Source: an uncultured Chloroflexia bacterium | GTDB taxonomy: Bacteria; Chloroflexota; Limnocylindria; Limnocylindrales; CSP1-4 | DNA: 64,000 nt | Reading direction: 5' to 3' | NCBI GenBank assembly: GCA_963810725.1 | Contig: CAWEOO010000003.1 | Span: forward strand, 135,314 to 199,313 | Shown here: positions 10,398 through 20,464 of the stretch, piece after piece | How the letters are laid out: each line of letters starts with the position of its first letter | Numbering within the stretch: the first letter of the stretch is position 1 | Notes under the pieces: generated by a model | The model's database searches: none | Seen by the model: only the letters and a program-made list of their open reading frames with translations | Told to the model about the DNA's origin: nothing | Position numbers and translations under genes: made by a program

Positions 10398-11930
10398 GAC
10401 AGTCGAACGAAGCCGGTCGTCCCGTCCAGCTCGAGCATCTGCCCGTCGGCGATCCGCGTCGTCGCGTCGCCAGTGCCGACCACCGCCGGCAGGGCGAACT
10501 CGCGGGCGACGACCGCCGCGTGGCAGAGTACGCCGCCAGTGTTGGTCACGAGCCCGCCGGCGATCGTGAACAGGGGCACCCACGATGGGTTCGACGACGG
10601 CGCGACGATGATGTCGCCCGGGCCGGACGCGCTCGAAGTCCTCGGGGCCTAGCACGACCCGAGCAGGGCCGCTGGCGATCCCGGCCGAGGCGCCGGTGCC
10701 GCGCACGATCGCATCGTCTTCCTTGGCGAACCGCTCCCCGCCGAAGCGCCCGGACGGGCTCGGCGTCGGTCGGCTTCCCGATCTTGGACGGCGGGGTGAC
10801 GGCCCGCCAGTGCTCATGCTCGGCCCTCCGCTCCGCGACGATGTCGCGACGGTCCTGCGGGCGAGCGAAGGAGCCCCGGCACCTCGGCCCGGCGCAGGTA
10901 CAGCACGTCGTGCGGTCGCTCGATGACGCCCATCGCGGGCGAGCCGGGCACCCACGCGCATCACGAAGGTCCGCAGGCGCGCCTGGGCCATCCGGTCGAT
11001 CCAGTAGTTGTGGGTCTCCGTGATCGGGCCGATCTTGCGGGCCAGGCCAAGCAGTCGTTCGAATTCGGCGAGCCGCTCCGGTTGGTCGGCGAGCCGGTCG
11101 CGGACGCCCTCGGCCAAGGTCTCGGCCTCGCCGGCGAGGCGGGCGGCGCGCTCCGTGGCCGGTTCGACGGCCCGTTCGAGCCGCTTGCCGACTTCGGCGA
11201 GGAGCATCGCCGGTTCCTCGCCCCAGGACGCGAGCGCGAGGTCGTCGAACCCCTGGCCGAGGTGCCCGTGCTCCTCGAGGAAGCGACGCAGCTCCGACAC
11301 GAACGCGTCCGCCGCCCGGGAGCGTCGCCAGCGCCTCGAGGGAAGGTGCCGGTCGCGCCGCGACCGCTGCGGCGAGCTCCGGCGATGCGCCCGCCAGCTC
11401 GGTCGAGGCGCCCAAGGCCGGCGTCCACGCCCACCAACTCGTGGATCGTGCCCTGGATCAGCTTGAGGGCCTCGCCGGGATGCGGCTTCTCGATGACCGA
11501 CTCGTACAGGTCGGCGAGGTCGTCCATGACCTGGTACGGGCCGGTGATCGCGTAGAAATGGATGGCCCAGGCGCGCTGGGCCCGTTCCCACGCCAGCTCC
11601 CAGGCCTCGACCAGCTGCTCGGCCGGCAGCTCCTCGACCTCGATCGCGGCGATCTCGGCGTACAGCCGCTGCAGCTCGGGAACGGCGCGCTCCCAGTAAT
11701 CGACCGCGAGCGGCGTGTGCTGGCGGCAAGGCGGCCATGTACTGCTCGACGACCGCCTCGTGCTCCGACTCCGGACCGAGCGGCATCCACGAGAGGTACC
11801 AATAGCCGTTGACGATCAGGGCCCGCATGCTGATCGGCACGTCGAGCCGCTCGTAGCGGTAACCGAACCCGTTCCCGATGAGCGCCACGTAGTCCTGCGA
11901 GAGCGGCACGAGATAGAACGGCGAGTGCAT
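10394..11930 (-). CDS. PEP-utilising enzyme family protein with a phosphohistidine swivel domain, interrupted by at least three frameshifts.
   Basis: The protein reads GTGASAGIASGPARVVLGPEDFERVRPG and then, in another frame, PLFTIAGGLVTNTGGVLCHAAVVAREFALPAVVG. The N-terminal part is split across three frames (11930-11730, 11527-11400, 11315-10925). Confidence 0.55.
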
Positions 11931-12157
11931 CTCGTCACGACGCCACGAGCGCTCGACATCGCTCGGGTCCGACCACGCGATCGGGAAGTCCTCGGGAGCT
12001 GGACGCGTTCATGCTCGGACTCGTGCTCCTCTCGGGCTCGGACCGGAAGAGTCGCGACAGTCTAGCAACGGGGCGTCCGCGTGCGGCATGCCGCGTGTCC
12101 CTGTGCGCCGGCGCATGATGGGCGCAGCAGGGCCAGAGCTACGAGGAAACGAACGAG

Positions 12158-13739
12158 TTGCTGAGGCCGACGATCCACGAGGCGTTGAACGCCTGGCGCG
12201 CAGCGGAGCGACGCTGGGAAGCGACGCCACCGGCCGATCCCGGCTACCGAAGCGCCGCGATCGCGGTGATCGCCGCCTGGCTGACGTACCACGCGCCCAC
12301 CGAGGAGTCCGAGCCCGGCAGCTTCGTGCTGGTGGCCGACGAGGAGCATCGTTACGTCGCCGTCAGCGACGGGGTAAAGGCCGCCCTCGGGTACGAGCCA
12401 GCCGAACTCCTCGGCAAGAGCATCGAGGACATCGCGCCACCCGATCTGGCGGCAAGGACCCCGGCGCAATGGCAGCAGTTCCTGTCGGACGGCCGCCAGG
12501 ACGGGGAGTTCCGGCTTCTGGCATCCGATGGACGCGAAGTCCCATTGCGCTTCCAGGCCCGCGCCCATTATCCGATCGCGGGATACCACTTGTCGCGCCT
12601 CCGGACCCGCGCCAGCGCCGGTATCCTGACGGGAGCATCCCTTCATGCGAGCGGGGGACCGCGCACGATGACCCGGAACCTGCTGCTGGTCGGAACGTCC
12701 AAGGGCGCCTTCATCCTCGACGGCGACGCCTCGCGGACGTCATGGTCCCTGCGCGGCCCGCTCTGCAATGGCTGGCCGATCCACGACCTGTCCGTCGACC
12801 CGGCCGATGGCGCCATCCTCGCCGCCGGGGGTTCGGCCTGGTACGGGCCGGCGGTCTTCCGGAGCGAGGATCTCGGGGAGACCTGGACCCATTCGTCCGA
12901 GGGGCTGACCTACGGCGACGACGGTCCGAAGATCCCGACGATCTGGAACGTCACCGGCGCTCACGGCTCGATCTGGGCGGGCGCCGAGCCCGCCGGCCTG
13001 TTCCGGAGCGACGACCGCGGCCGGACCTGGTCGCACGTCTCGGGCCTGCGCGACCACCCGAGCCGTCCGGGCTGGGAGCCGGGCGCGGGCGGCCTCATCT
13101 GCCACACGATCGTCCCCCATCCGAGCGACCCTGAGCGGATGTGGGTCGCGATCAGCGCGGTCGGGACCTTCGCCACCGAGGATGGCGGCGCGACCTGGGA
13201 GGCTCGAAATCGCGGCGTCGCCGCCTGCTTCGAGCCCGACCCGTACCCCGAGACCGGGCAGTGCGTGCACAAGCTCGTCATGGCGGCGGGCGAGCCCGAC
13301 ATCGTTCTACCAGCAGAACCATTGCGGCGTCTATCGCTCGGCCGATGCCGGTCGAAGCTGGGATGACGTCAGCGCGGGGCTGGTGTCGGAGTTCGGGTTC
13401 GTCATGGGAGCGCATCCGCGCGACCCAGCCACGGTTGGGTGATCCCGCTCACGCATCCCGAGGAGGGCCGCCTCTCGCCCGGCGGCGCGCTGGCGGTCTG
13501 GCGCACCCGCGACCGCGGCGACACCTGGGAGCGCCACGGCGAGGGCTGCCCCAGAAGGACACGTTCGTGGGCGTGCTACGCGAGGCGCTCGCGGTCGACC
13601 GACAGCGACCCGGCTGGCGTCTACTTCGGGACGAGCACCGGACAGCTCTACGGCTCGCATCGACGAAGGCGTCAGCTGGTCCCTCGTCGCGGACCATCTC
13701 CCGCCCATCTGGGGCGTCGAGGCGGTCGTCCTCGACTGA
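12158..13739 (+). CDS. PAS-domain protein fused to a Ycf48/BNR-like beta-propeller. The propeller half carries at least three frameshifts.
   Basis: The N-terminal 150 aa are PAS-like. From MTRNLLLVGTSKGAFILDGD onward there are repeated D-x-G-x-TW blades. The sequence continues in frames 13182..13442 and 13439..14005, then reaches IDEGVSWSLVADHLPPIWGVEAVVLD and stops at about 13737-13739. Confidence 0.55.
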
Positions 13740-13741
13740 CG

Positions 13742-14005
13742 ATGGCGACGATCATCCTGCCGCGCTCCCTGATCGCTCTGTTCCCGGCGGCACCGCGACG
13801 CTGCGACGTCGACGCGGCGACCGTCGCCGAGGCGATCGACCGGTTGGACGAGCTGGCGCCCGGGATGCGCAACCGCATCGTCGACGCCGGGCCGGCGATC
13901 CGCGAGCACATCAAGCTCTTCGTCGACCAGGTGCCCGCGAACCTCGGGACCCCGTTGCGCCCCGACTCGACGCTCCACGTGATCCCGGCGGTCTCGGGAG
14001 GCTAG
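13742..14005 (+). CDS. MoaD/ThiS-family sulfur-carrier protein with a C-terminal Gly-Gly.
   Basis: The 87-aa protein ends ...DSTLHVIPAVSGG*. A MoaD-like beta-grasp pattern is present. Confidence 0.7.
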   Translation: MATIILPRSLIALFPAAPRRCDVDAATVAEAIDRLDELAPGMRNRIVDAGPAIREHIKLFVDQVPANLGTPLRPDSTLHVIPAVSGG

Positions 14006-14197
14006 GCGACGGGTCGCTCCGACTGATACTCGCGCGGGTGGTCCGAGCGGTCCTTGTCCAGCGTCGCGCTGATCGTCTCGAACGTGCTTCTCGACGCTGT
14101 TGCCGTTCTCCTTCGCCGCGCGTTCGACGTCCTCAAAGGTGATGTTCGACTCGCCCATCTCTCGATGCGCGTCCATGCAGCCGCAGGTCAGACACAT
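14002..14197 (-). CDS. Small CxxCxC protein of about 65 aa (MCLTCGCMDAHREMGESNITFEDVERAAKENGNSVEK...). It has one frameshift near 14090.
   Basis: GC3 bias is strong. Protein-like sequence continues in an adjacent frame (TFETISATLDKDRSDHPREYQSERPVA*). It shares a 4-bp CTAG stop overlap with the convergent MoaD gene. Confidence 0.45.
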
Positions 14198-14302
14198 GAC
14201 GTGGGTCTCCTCGTTCGACGGTCGCGTCGGATCGGGTCCGCCGCGAAGGCCATGTTCGATCCTGACGGGGCGACCGTTGCAAACGCATCAGCGTTCGTGC
14301 GG

Positions 14303-15888
14303 TCAGGGCTCGACGATGGTCGTCGTGTAGCGCACCGTGCTGTCAGCGGCGATGGCCACGATCGTCGCGGAGTGGCGATTCCCCTCGGGCTCGATCGCGA
14401 GGGCATAGGCGCCGCCATTCGGGTTGACGGCAAGCGCCCAGAACGTGGAACCCGCGCGGCGGAGCCCGACCGGCCAACCGTCACGGATCCGGCCATCGGG
14501 TCGGATCGCCACGACGCTCCCGCCAGCCGATGAACTCGCGGCTTCGTGGATCAGGTACAGAACGTCGTGGCTGTCGATGCCTATCGGGGTGCGATTCGAG
14601 CCGCAGCCGGTGTCTTCCGCTTCGCATCGATCGATGAATTGGATCCCGAGCTTGGATCGATACGGCCAACCAGACAGCGACGTGCCGGCCGCGTCGAGAC
14701 CCATGATCGTCGTGCCGATACCCTCAGTGCTGACGATGAAGGTCGAGCCGTCGGACGCGACGATCGGCGCTCCTGGGTAGGGGTCGCCTGCGCCATCCCA
14801 CGTGAGGCTGGAGACGATGTCGAGATCGTCGGAGCCGACATGCTGACCGCCGTCGGGGCTGATCACCACGGTCCGGGACGGGCGTTCATATGGCGGGCTC
14901 ACCGCAAGGTGCAGACGGCCACGCGGATCGAACGCGACCTCGGAAGCGCTGCCATCGATGGTGATCGGCCAGCCGTCACGGACGCCGTGTTCGTCGAACG
15001 CCACGAGCGTGGTCGTCACCGACTACCCGAGTCTCCGACCAGACGCGGGTGCTGACGACCCCCAACCCGCGGGGGCCGATCGCAAACGCGTTGTCACAGC
15101 AGGCGAACGGGATGTCGACGCCCGATCGCATGGAACCGTCGGCTTCGACGACGTCCATGATGGACGTACTCCGGCGCGTCCGCCTCAGGAGCATCACCCT
15201 GGTCCGGCCTCGACAGCACGACCAGGGCATCGCCGACCATCACGCCGGTGAAGGCCTCCGAGACATTGCCCGGCCAGCCTGGGAGGGGATCTCCGTCACG
15301 ATCGAACGCGTGCGCTTGAGAGATCAACGCGCCGAGCCCATCGATGGCTTCGGATCGGTGGCACAGGATGCGCACGGAGCCGTCGGGAGCCGCGAGCAAC
15401 AGGTCGCAGAAATCGTTCCCGGGGACCACGATGGGCCATCCCGCGCGTGACCGGCCATTTCGATCCAGGAGCGTCAGGACTTCGCCGGCCGCGGTCGGGA
15501 CCGCCACATAGAGCTCACCCTCCACGCCGGCGGCCATCAGGATGTCGCCGCCGATCTGCCGCCCCGATCCCTTGACGGGGAGCAGGTCCTTGCGCGGGGT
15601 CGGGTCGGGCCCTGCCGGATCGCTCGCCGGCGGCGAGGCCTCGACGGAGGGTGCCGCGGCCGCGGCTCGCAGCTGGGCGTCGCCGAGGTCGCCCGCGGCG
15701 TCGCCGACGGACTCGCGGTCGGGGCCACGCCGAGCGGAATCGTTTGGATCCGGGTCCGCGGTCAGCCGCACGAGCGCACCGAGCGCGAGACCGGCAACGA
15801 TCGCCCCGGCGCCGATGGCCGCCAGCACGCGGCCGCGGGGCAGCCGCCGAGGCGGGGGCGCGGTTCGGCGCGGCGGTGGCAGGTCCAT
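14303..15888 (-). CDS. Membrane-anchored repeat protein, probably a beta-propeller, with recurring (R)DGWP / AGWPI motifs. There is a frameshift near 15050-15100.
   Basis: The N-terminal transmembrane helix is AAIGAGAIVAGLALGALV. The motifs DGWPITIDG, GWPYRS, RDGWPVGL, AGWPIVVPG and LPGWPGN repeat along the protein. Two ORFs, 15094..15888 and 14303..15019, are separated by a frame change. Confidence 0.5.
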
Positions 15889-16011
15889 GACCGTGAAACG
15901 TTCGAAGCGCGGCTCTGTTTCGGGCGGGCGGCTGTCGGCGATTCGACACGACCGCGAACCTGCCGGTCCGGCGCCGTGCGGGCGCCGGACCGGGTCGAAC
16001 AGCGGAGGGGC

Positions 16012-16870
16012 TTAGAGCCCGAGCTGGTCTGCGAATGCGCTGGCCATGACGCCATAGCCGGCGGCGTTCGCATGGTTGTTCGGGCCCAAGCGGCGCGGGT
16101 GCGCAGATCCACGTCCACATGCAGATCCGGGCGACGTTGAGCGGGACGTCCCCGGCTCCCGGCAGCGGCACAAGGGTCGTGAAATCGGTCGTCGAGAAGG
16201 CGCCCTCGACATCCGCCACCGAAGCGCCGCCTGCCAGGAAGATCCCGCGCAGGAGCTGGTTGATCGGCACGATCCCCTGGAAGGTCGAGACCTGGGCGAA
16301 CTGCTGGCCCTCGGGCCCGGTCAACCAGGCGCCCAGGAACGGGTTGTAGAGCGTCATCCCGACGATCGGGACGTCGGGGCCGGCCGCTTCGCGCAGCGCA
16401 GCCAGGATCGTCGGGAGGTTGGCCTGCATCGACGCAACACCGGCGGGCACGCACGACAGGTCGGCACAGGTGAAGTCGTTCGCGCCGATGTCGATGGTGA
16501 CGAAGGCGACGAACTGCCGATGCGCCTCCAGGAAGGCCACGGCCTCGTCCAGCTGAGACCCGTGGTCGTAGGTGCAGATCCCCCCGTCGATCATCGTCAC
16601 CGTCGTTTCGCCCGGACACCCGAGCTTGACCAGGGACAACTTCGGGGACTGGGCACGAGCGATCGCCAGGAGCTGCTCGGCATAGCCCTCACTGGTGCGG
16701 AAGAGGTCGTCTGGGTCTCCGATCGGCTGGACGCTCGAGGCGAGCGAATCACCGACCGACACGTAGTACTTCTTCGCACGCTCGCCACTGGCGCCCGGCG
16801 CGGCCAGCGCCGGGGTGATGACAGCGACGCTCAACAGGAGCGCGCCGAGGACCGGGTACAACCGTCTCAT
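16012..16870 (-). CDS. Secreted SGNH/GDSL-family hydrolase (lipase/esterase). There is a frameshift near 16100.
   Basis: It has a signal peptide and a YVSVGDSLAS (GDS-L) block. The C-terminal end, ...HANAAGYGVMASAFADQLGL*, sits in a second frame (16012..16212). Confidence 0.65.
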
Positions 16871-17145
16871 CGTCGTTTCCCTCTCCCGGGATGTCGGCAC
16901 CGAGCGGTGTCACGGACCCGGGTGTAGCCCTACGACGCGTGGGGCGGCATTCCATTAGGGGTATCCGGGCAGGTTGTCGGCCAGCCGACGTCCGGTCCGT
17001 CGGTCACTCGCCCCGCCGTCGATCTGTCGACATTCGTCCATGGCCGTGAGACCGAATGACCATCGAGACGGCTGGCGGGCGGGACGACACTCCTGGCACG
17101 ACCACCGACAGGTCCCGGTGGGCGATACCGACAACGAGGCCCATG

Positions 17146-18331
17146 ACGATGCTTGCACCCGCCCCCTCCACTGCGATCCGCCGCCGCGCCAGCGCAGTCA
17201 TCGCCGGCGCTTTGCTGCTTCTGCTGGTAGCCCAGCCCGTCCTGGCGCGTCGAGTGGGGTCCCGCGATCCGATTGTCCTCGCAGGACAATTACCGACCGC
17301 GCATCTTCCGCACCGGTCCCACCAGCGCGCTGACGGTGTACCAGCGCGGTTCCTATGCCTACGCTCGTCGGAGCGTGGACAGCGGGCAGACGTGGTCGGC
17401 GCCCGTGCAGATCGCGTCCAAGATCCGCCTCAACTTCTCGGCGGCCGCCTACGGCTAAAAGGTCGATATCGCCTACGTCCGCCAGATCGCGACAGCGACC
17501 GGCGGCACCTCCAACCGGCTCTACTATCGGCGGAGCCTCGATGGTGGCGCGACCTGGGGGGACTCGCGAGCCATGACCTCGAGCTCGTCGAACATCGTCG
17601 ACCAGGCCGTCGCCCGCCACTCGAGCGGGCGGGTGTCGATCGCGTGGACCGGCTACTCGACGGGCCGTCTGTACCTGCGGACCAGCAGCGACGGCGGAGC
17701 CACGTTCTCGGCGGCCCGCTACATCGGCAAGACCGCGAATTGGGAACCCGGCGTCCACCCGATGTACTACTCCGAGCCCACGATCGCGATCGGCACCGGC
17801 GTCACCTACATCGCCTACCTGTCCGATACCAACACGATGTCGGTTCGGCGCACGAAGGACAACGGTATGACGTGGTCGACTCCCACGAAGATCAGCTCCT
17901 CCACGGACGCGCCCTTCGAGCTGGTGGCGACCGGCAGCCACGCACTTCTCGGTTACACCTCGACGGCATCGGGAACGATGCAGGCGTCCTATCGCCTGAC
18001 GACGGACAAGGGTTCGACCTGGTCTGCCAGGAAGGCGCTGTCTGCCAGCACGAACGGTCGCTTCAGCGCGCGACCGCAATTCACCCTCAGGAGCGGGGTC
18101 CTGGCCGTCGTCTTCAAGCACGGGACGCCGGGCGAATCGCCGATCTGGTACCGCCAGAGCACCGACTTCGGGCTGACCTGGTCGCCGCTCTCACGGGTCA
18201 GCCAGACTCATGTGGAGGACTCCGATCCGGAGCCCGCCGGCGTGGCCATCCTGGACGCGGTCAAGCTCGCGGGCTACAACGAGAACCGCAGCGAGGGCAG
18301 CGAAGGCCTCTGGATCCGCCGAGGTCAGTGA
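17146..18331 (+). pseudogene. BNR-repeat exo-alpha-sialidase-like secreted protein. It has a frameshift near 17260 and an in-frame TAA at 17456-17458.
   Basis: The signal peptide is MTMLAPAPSTAIRRRASAVIAGALLLLLVAQPVLA. S-x-D-x-G-x-T-W motifs recur (SVDSGQTW, SSDGGATF, TKDNGMTWS, TTDKGSTWS, STDFGLTWS). Protein-like sequence reads straight through the TAA. Confidence 0.6.
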
Positions 18332-18346
18332 CCCAAGCGCATTAGG

Positions 18347-18368
18347 GCGCGCCGGTGATCCGGCGCGC
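18347..18368. terminator. GC-rich hairpin GCGCGCCGG-TGAT-CCGGCGCGC, 16 bp after the BNR gene stop.
   Basis: It has a perfect 9-bp stem and a 4-nt loop. There is no downstream T-tract, which is usual in high-GC genomes. Confidence 0.3.
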
Positions 18369-18458
18369 TCGAACCACGACGTCAGCCGGCCTGCGCCGGA
18401 ACGCATCACCCGTTTCCGTCCCAGGCGTCCTCTATCAGTCGATGACGCCGGAGGATGC

Positions 18459-18974
18459 GTGGAAACTGGACGCGTGGCCGACTTCGCCGCGGTGAAATCT
18501 CGATCTCGGGAGCGTGCCCTGGAGGCCTTGCACGAGCACGGCCCGATGCTGCTCGCCGCCGCTCGCGTGATCACCCTCGATGACGACGAGGCCAAGGACC
18601 TCGTCCAGACGACCTTCGAGATCGCTCTGCGCAGGATCGACACGTTGCGCGAGCCGGCGGCGATTTGCGCGTGGCTCCTGAGGATCGAGACCCGCGAGGC
18701 CTTCCGGGTCGTCCGTCGACTTCGTCGCGTCGTCCGCCTCGACGGCTACGTCGCGGAGCTTGCGTCGCCTGGATCGGATCTGGCGGCGCGGGCGGACATG
18801 CGGCAGGCACTCATGACGCTTCCGGTGCGGACTCGGGCAGCCGTCGCGCTGCACCACCTGGCCGGGCTGTCGGTCCGAGAAACCGCCGATGCGCTCGGCG
18901 TGACCGAGAACACGATCAAGACGCAGCTGAAGACCGGGCTGGCACGGCTCAGGGAGGTACTCGACGATGGTTGA
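18459..18974 (+). CDS. ECF sigma factor.
   Basis: It has a GTG start and region 2/4 motifs (DLVQTTFEIALRR ... LSVRETADALGVTENTIKTQLKTGLARLR). Confidence 0.8.
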   Translation: METGRVADFAAVKSRSRERALEALHEHGPMLLAAARVITLDDDEAKDLVQTTFEIALRRIDTLREPAAICAWLLRIETREAFRVVRRLRRVVRLDGYVAELASPGSDLAARADMRQALMTLPVRTRAAVALHHLAGLSVRETADALGVTENTIKTQLKTGLARLREVLDDG

Positions 18975-20262
18975 TCGAGCGTCCGACGCCGCGATCGAGT
19001 CCCGCCTGAACGAGTTCCTCGCCGCGGAACGTCGTCGAGCCGAGGCCGACTTTCCGCAGATGCTGCTTCCGACGCCGGGTCGACGCCGCGACGCCGCCCC
19101 GCTCGGGCTCGCGGCGCTGGCGGCGGTCGTCTTCGCGGCGGTCCTGCTGGTCCGCCCCTGGGGCGACCGGCTGCCCGTGACGCCCGGCGGAGAACCGCTC
19201 GGCGCCGACGGGATCCCGCTCTCGATCGGTGGGCAGCCGGTGCTCCGTGGCGAGGCGATCGACGACCGCTTTGCGGAGGGCACCGCGTTCCTGGCGGGCG
19301 GCTACCTCGTGCTCCATCCGACGCCCTGCGATCTCGCCTCGCCCACGCACAGCCCGGCGCCGAGCGCTGGGTGCGCCGAGGACTGGCGACTGGAGGACGT
19401 CGCGGCTGGACACTCCGTCCGCGTCACGATCGCTGACGACGGCGCGACCTTCGTGCGGACCTCGGGCGCCGCGTCCGTCTTCCGAGTCCAGCCGGTCGAG
19501 GATGGGGCGCTCGGCGCCGGGGTCCGAGGACGGGTGCTGCTCATCGAAGCGACCGTCTGGCGCCAGCCGACCAAGGGCCGGATCCCGGAGCGGGCCAGTC
19601 CGCCGGAGGGTGGCGAGATCAACCTCGCCCTCGTGCCGGACTTCGTCGGCGTGTGGGGAGGCCCGACCGGCGAGACCATCGCGGGGTATGTGCCCAAGGA
19701 TCTGTTACTCAACCCGCGCTCCGAACCCGGCGGCACGCCCGAGAACCCGCCGCAGGATGTCCCGATGCCGGTCTACGGGGAGGACCTCACGACGCTCGTC
19801 GGTCACATGGTGGCGGGCGTCGGGTTCGTTCCCCTTGGAGCGTCACCCAACCCGCCCGGAGCCTTCGGCTCGCCGTCAGCCGCGCCATCCGGCGACCCCT
19901 GGGGCCCACTGGCGGTCACGGCGACGAATGCCGGCATGGACGCCAGGAACGAGGGCACGCTTGTGCTAACCGAGCAGTGCGCATTCTTGGAGCGAGCGGG
20001 TGAGCGCGAACTGCTGGTGTGGCCGGCGAACCAGACGAGCTGGTCTCCCGCAACCGCAGAGATCTCGTTCCGGCGCTCGGACGGTCAGGTCGTGGCGATG
20101 CGCCACGGGCAACGGATCGTCATCGGCGGAGGAGGGTCTAGCCGAGCTGAGGATGGGCTCGCTGGAGAGGAGTGGGCGAGCCGGATCGACTGGCTCGTTG
20201 TGCCGGATCCCAGCTGCCTCGTCGATGTTCGGTTCCTCGTTTCTGACGTCCTGCCGGAGTGA
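18967..20262 (+). CDS. Anti-sigma factor-like membrane protein of 431 aa with a roughly 360 aa extracytoplasmic domain of unknown fold.
   Basis: Its ATG overlaps the sigma stop as ATGGTTGA. A single transmembrane helix (LGLAALAAVVFAAVLLV) follows a short cytoplasmic N-terminus. Confidence 0.6.
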   Translation: MVDRASDAAIESRLNEFLAAERRRAEADFPQMLLPTPGRRRDAAPLGLAALAAVVFAAVLLVRPWGDRLPVTPGGEPLGADGIPLSIGGQPVLRGEAIDDRFAEGTAFLAGGYLVLHPTPCDLASPTHSPAPSAGCAEDWRLEDVAAGHSVRVTIADDGATFVRTSGAASVFRVQPVEDGALGAGVRGRVLLIEATVWRQPTKGRIPERASPPEGGEINLALVPDFVGVWGGPTGETIAGYVPKDLLLNPRSEPGGTPENPPQDVPMPVYGEDLTTLVGHMVAGVGFVPLGASPNPPGAFGSPSAAPSGDPWGPLAVTATNAGMDARNEGTLVLTEQCAFLERAGERELLVWPANQTSWSPATAEISFRRSDGQVVAMRHGQRIVIGGGGSSRAEDGLAGEEWASRIDWLVVPDPSCLVDVRFLVSDVLPE

Positions 20263-20299
20263 CCGAGCCGCTCACAGGCGGCACCGAGATACACCCCTG

Positions 20300-20390
20300 G
20301 GGTATTGACAGAAGGGTTGACAGATCAGCCTCCAAAGGGGCACAATATGCACCTACAGGGCTTGTCAAGACTTGACAGGCCCACAGGTGT
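20300..20390. promoter_or_regulatory. Candidate promoter/operator region upstream of dnaG-sigA.
   Basis: It has a locally low GC content. Tandem TTGACA hexamers lie at about 20307 and 20318. The inverted repeat CTTGTCAAG-A-CTTGACAGG lies at about 20362-20380. Confidence 0.3.
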
Positions 20391-20464
20391 GTTCGGGTCC
20401 TGGCGAGAGGGCCCGGCACGAGATCTGAACGGCGCCGACTGGTCCTCGGCGCGAAGGAGTGGAT

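Noticed and set aside
9264-10652. 462-aa plus-strand R/D/E-rich ORF
   Set aside because: It is antisense to the MFS and PEP-enzyme genes and is pure low-complexity.
8940-11930. 996-aa single ORF
   Set aside because: It is not one protein. It is a chimeric open frame spanning the PEP-utilising enzyme N-terminus, low-complexity frameshifted junk, and MFS transporter segments. The real genes switch between three frames.
15515-16900. 461-aa ORF taken as one gene
   Set aside because: Only its N-terminal roughly 270 aa are the SGNH hydrolase. The remainder (15515-16010) is an out-of-frame read-through over the N-terminus of the DGWP repeat gene after a frameshift.
17056-18345. 429-aa plus ORF taken as the sialidase
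   Set aside because: This frame carries only the signal peptide. The BNR repeats are in frames 17273..17458 and 17573..18331.
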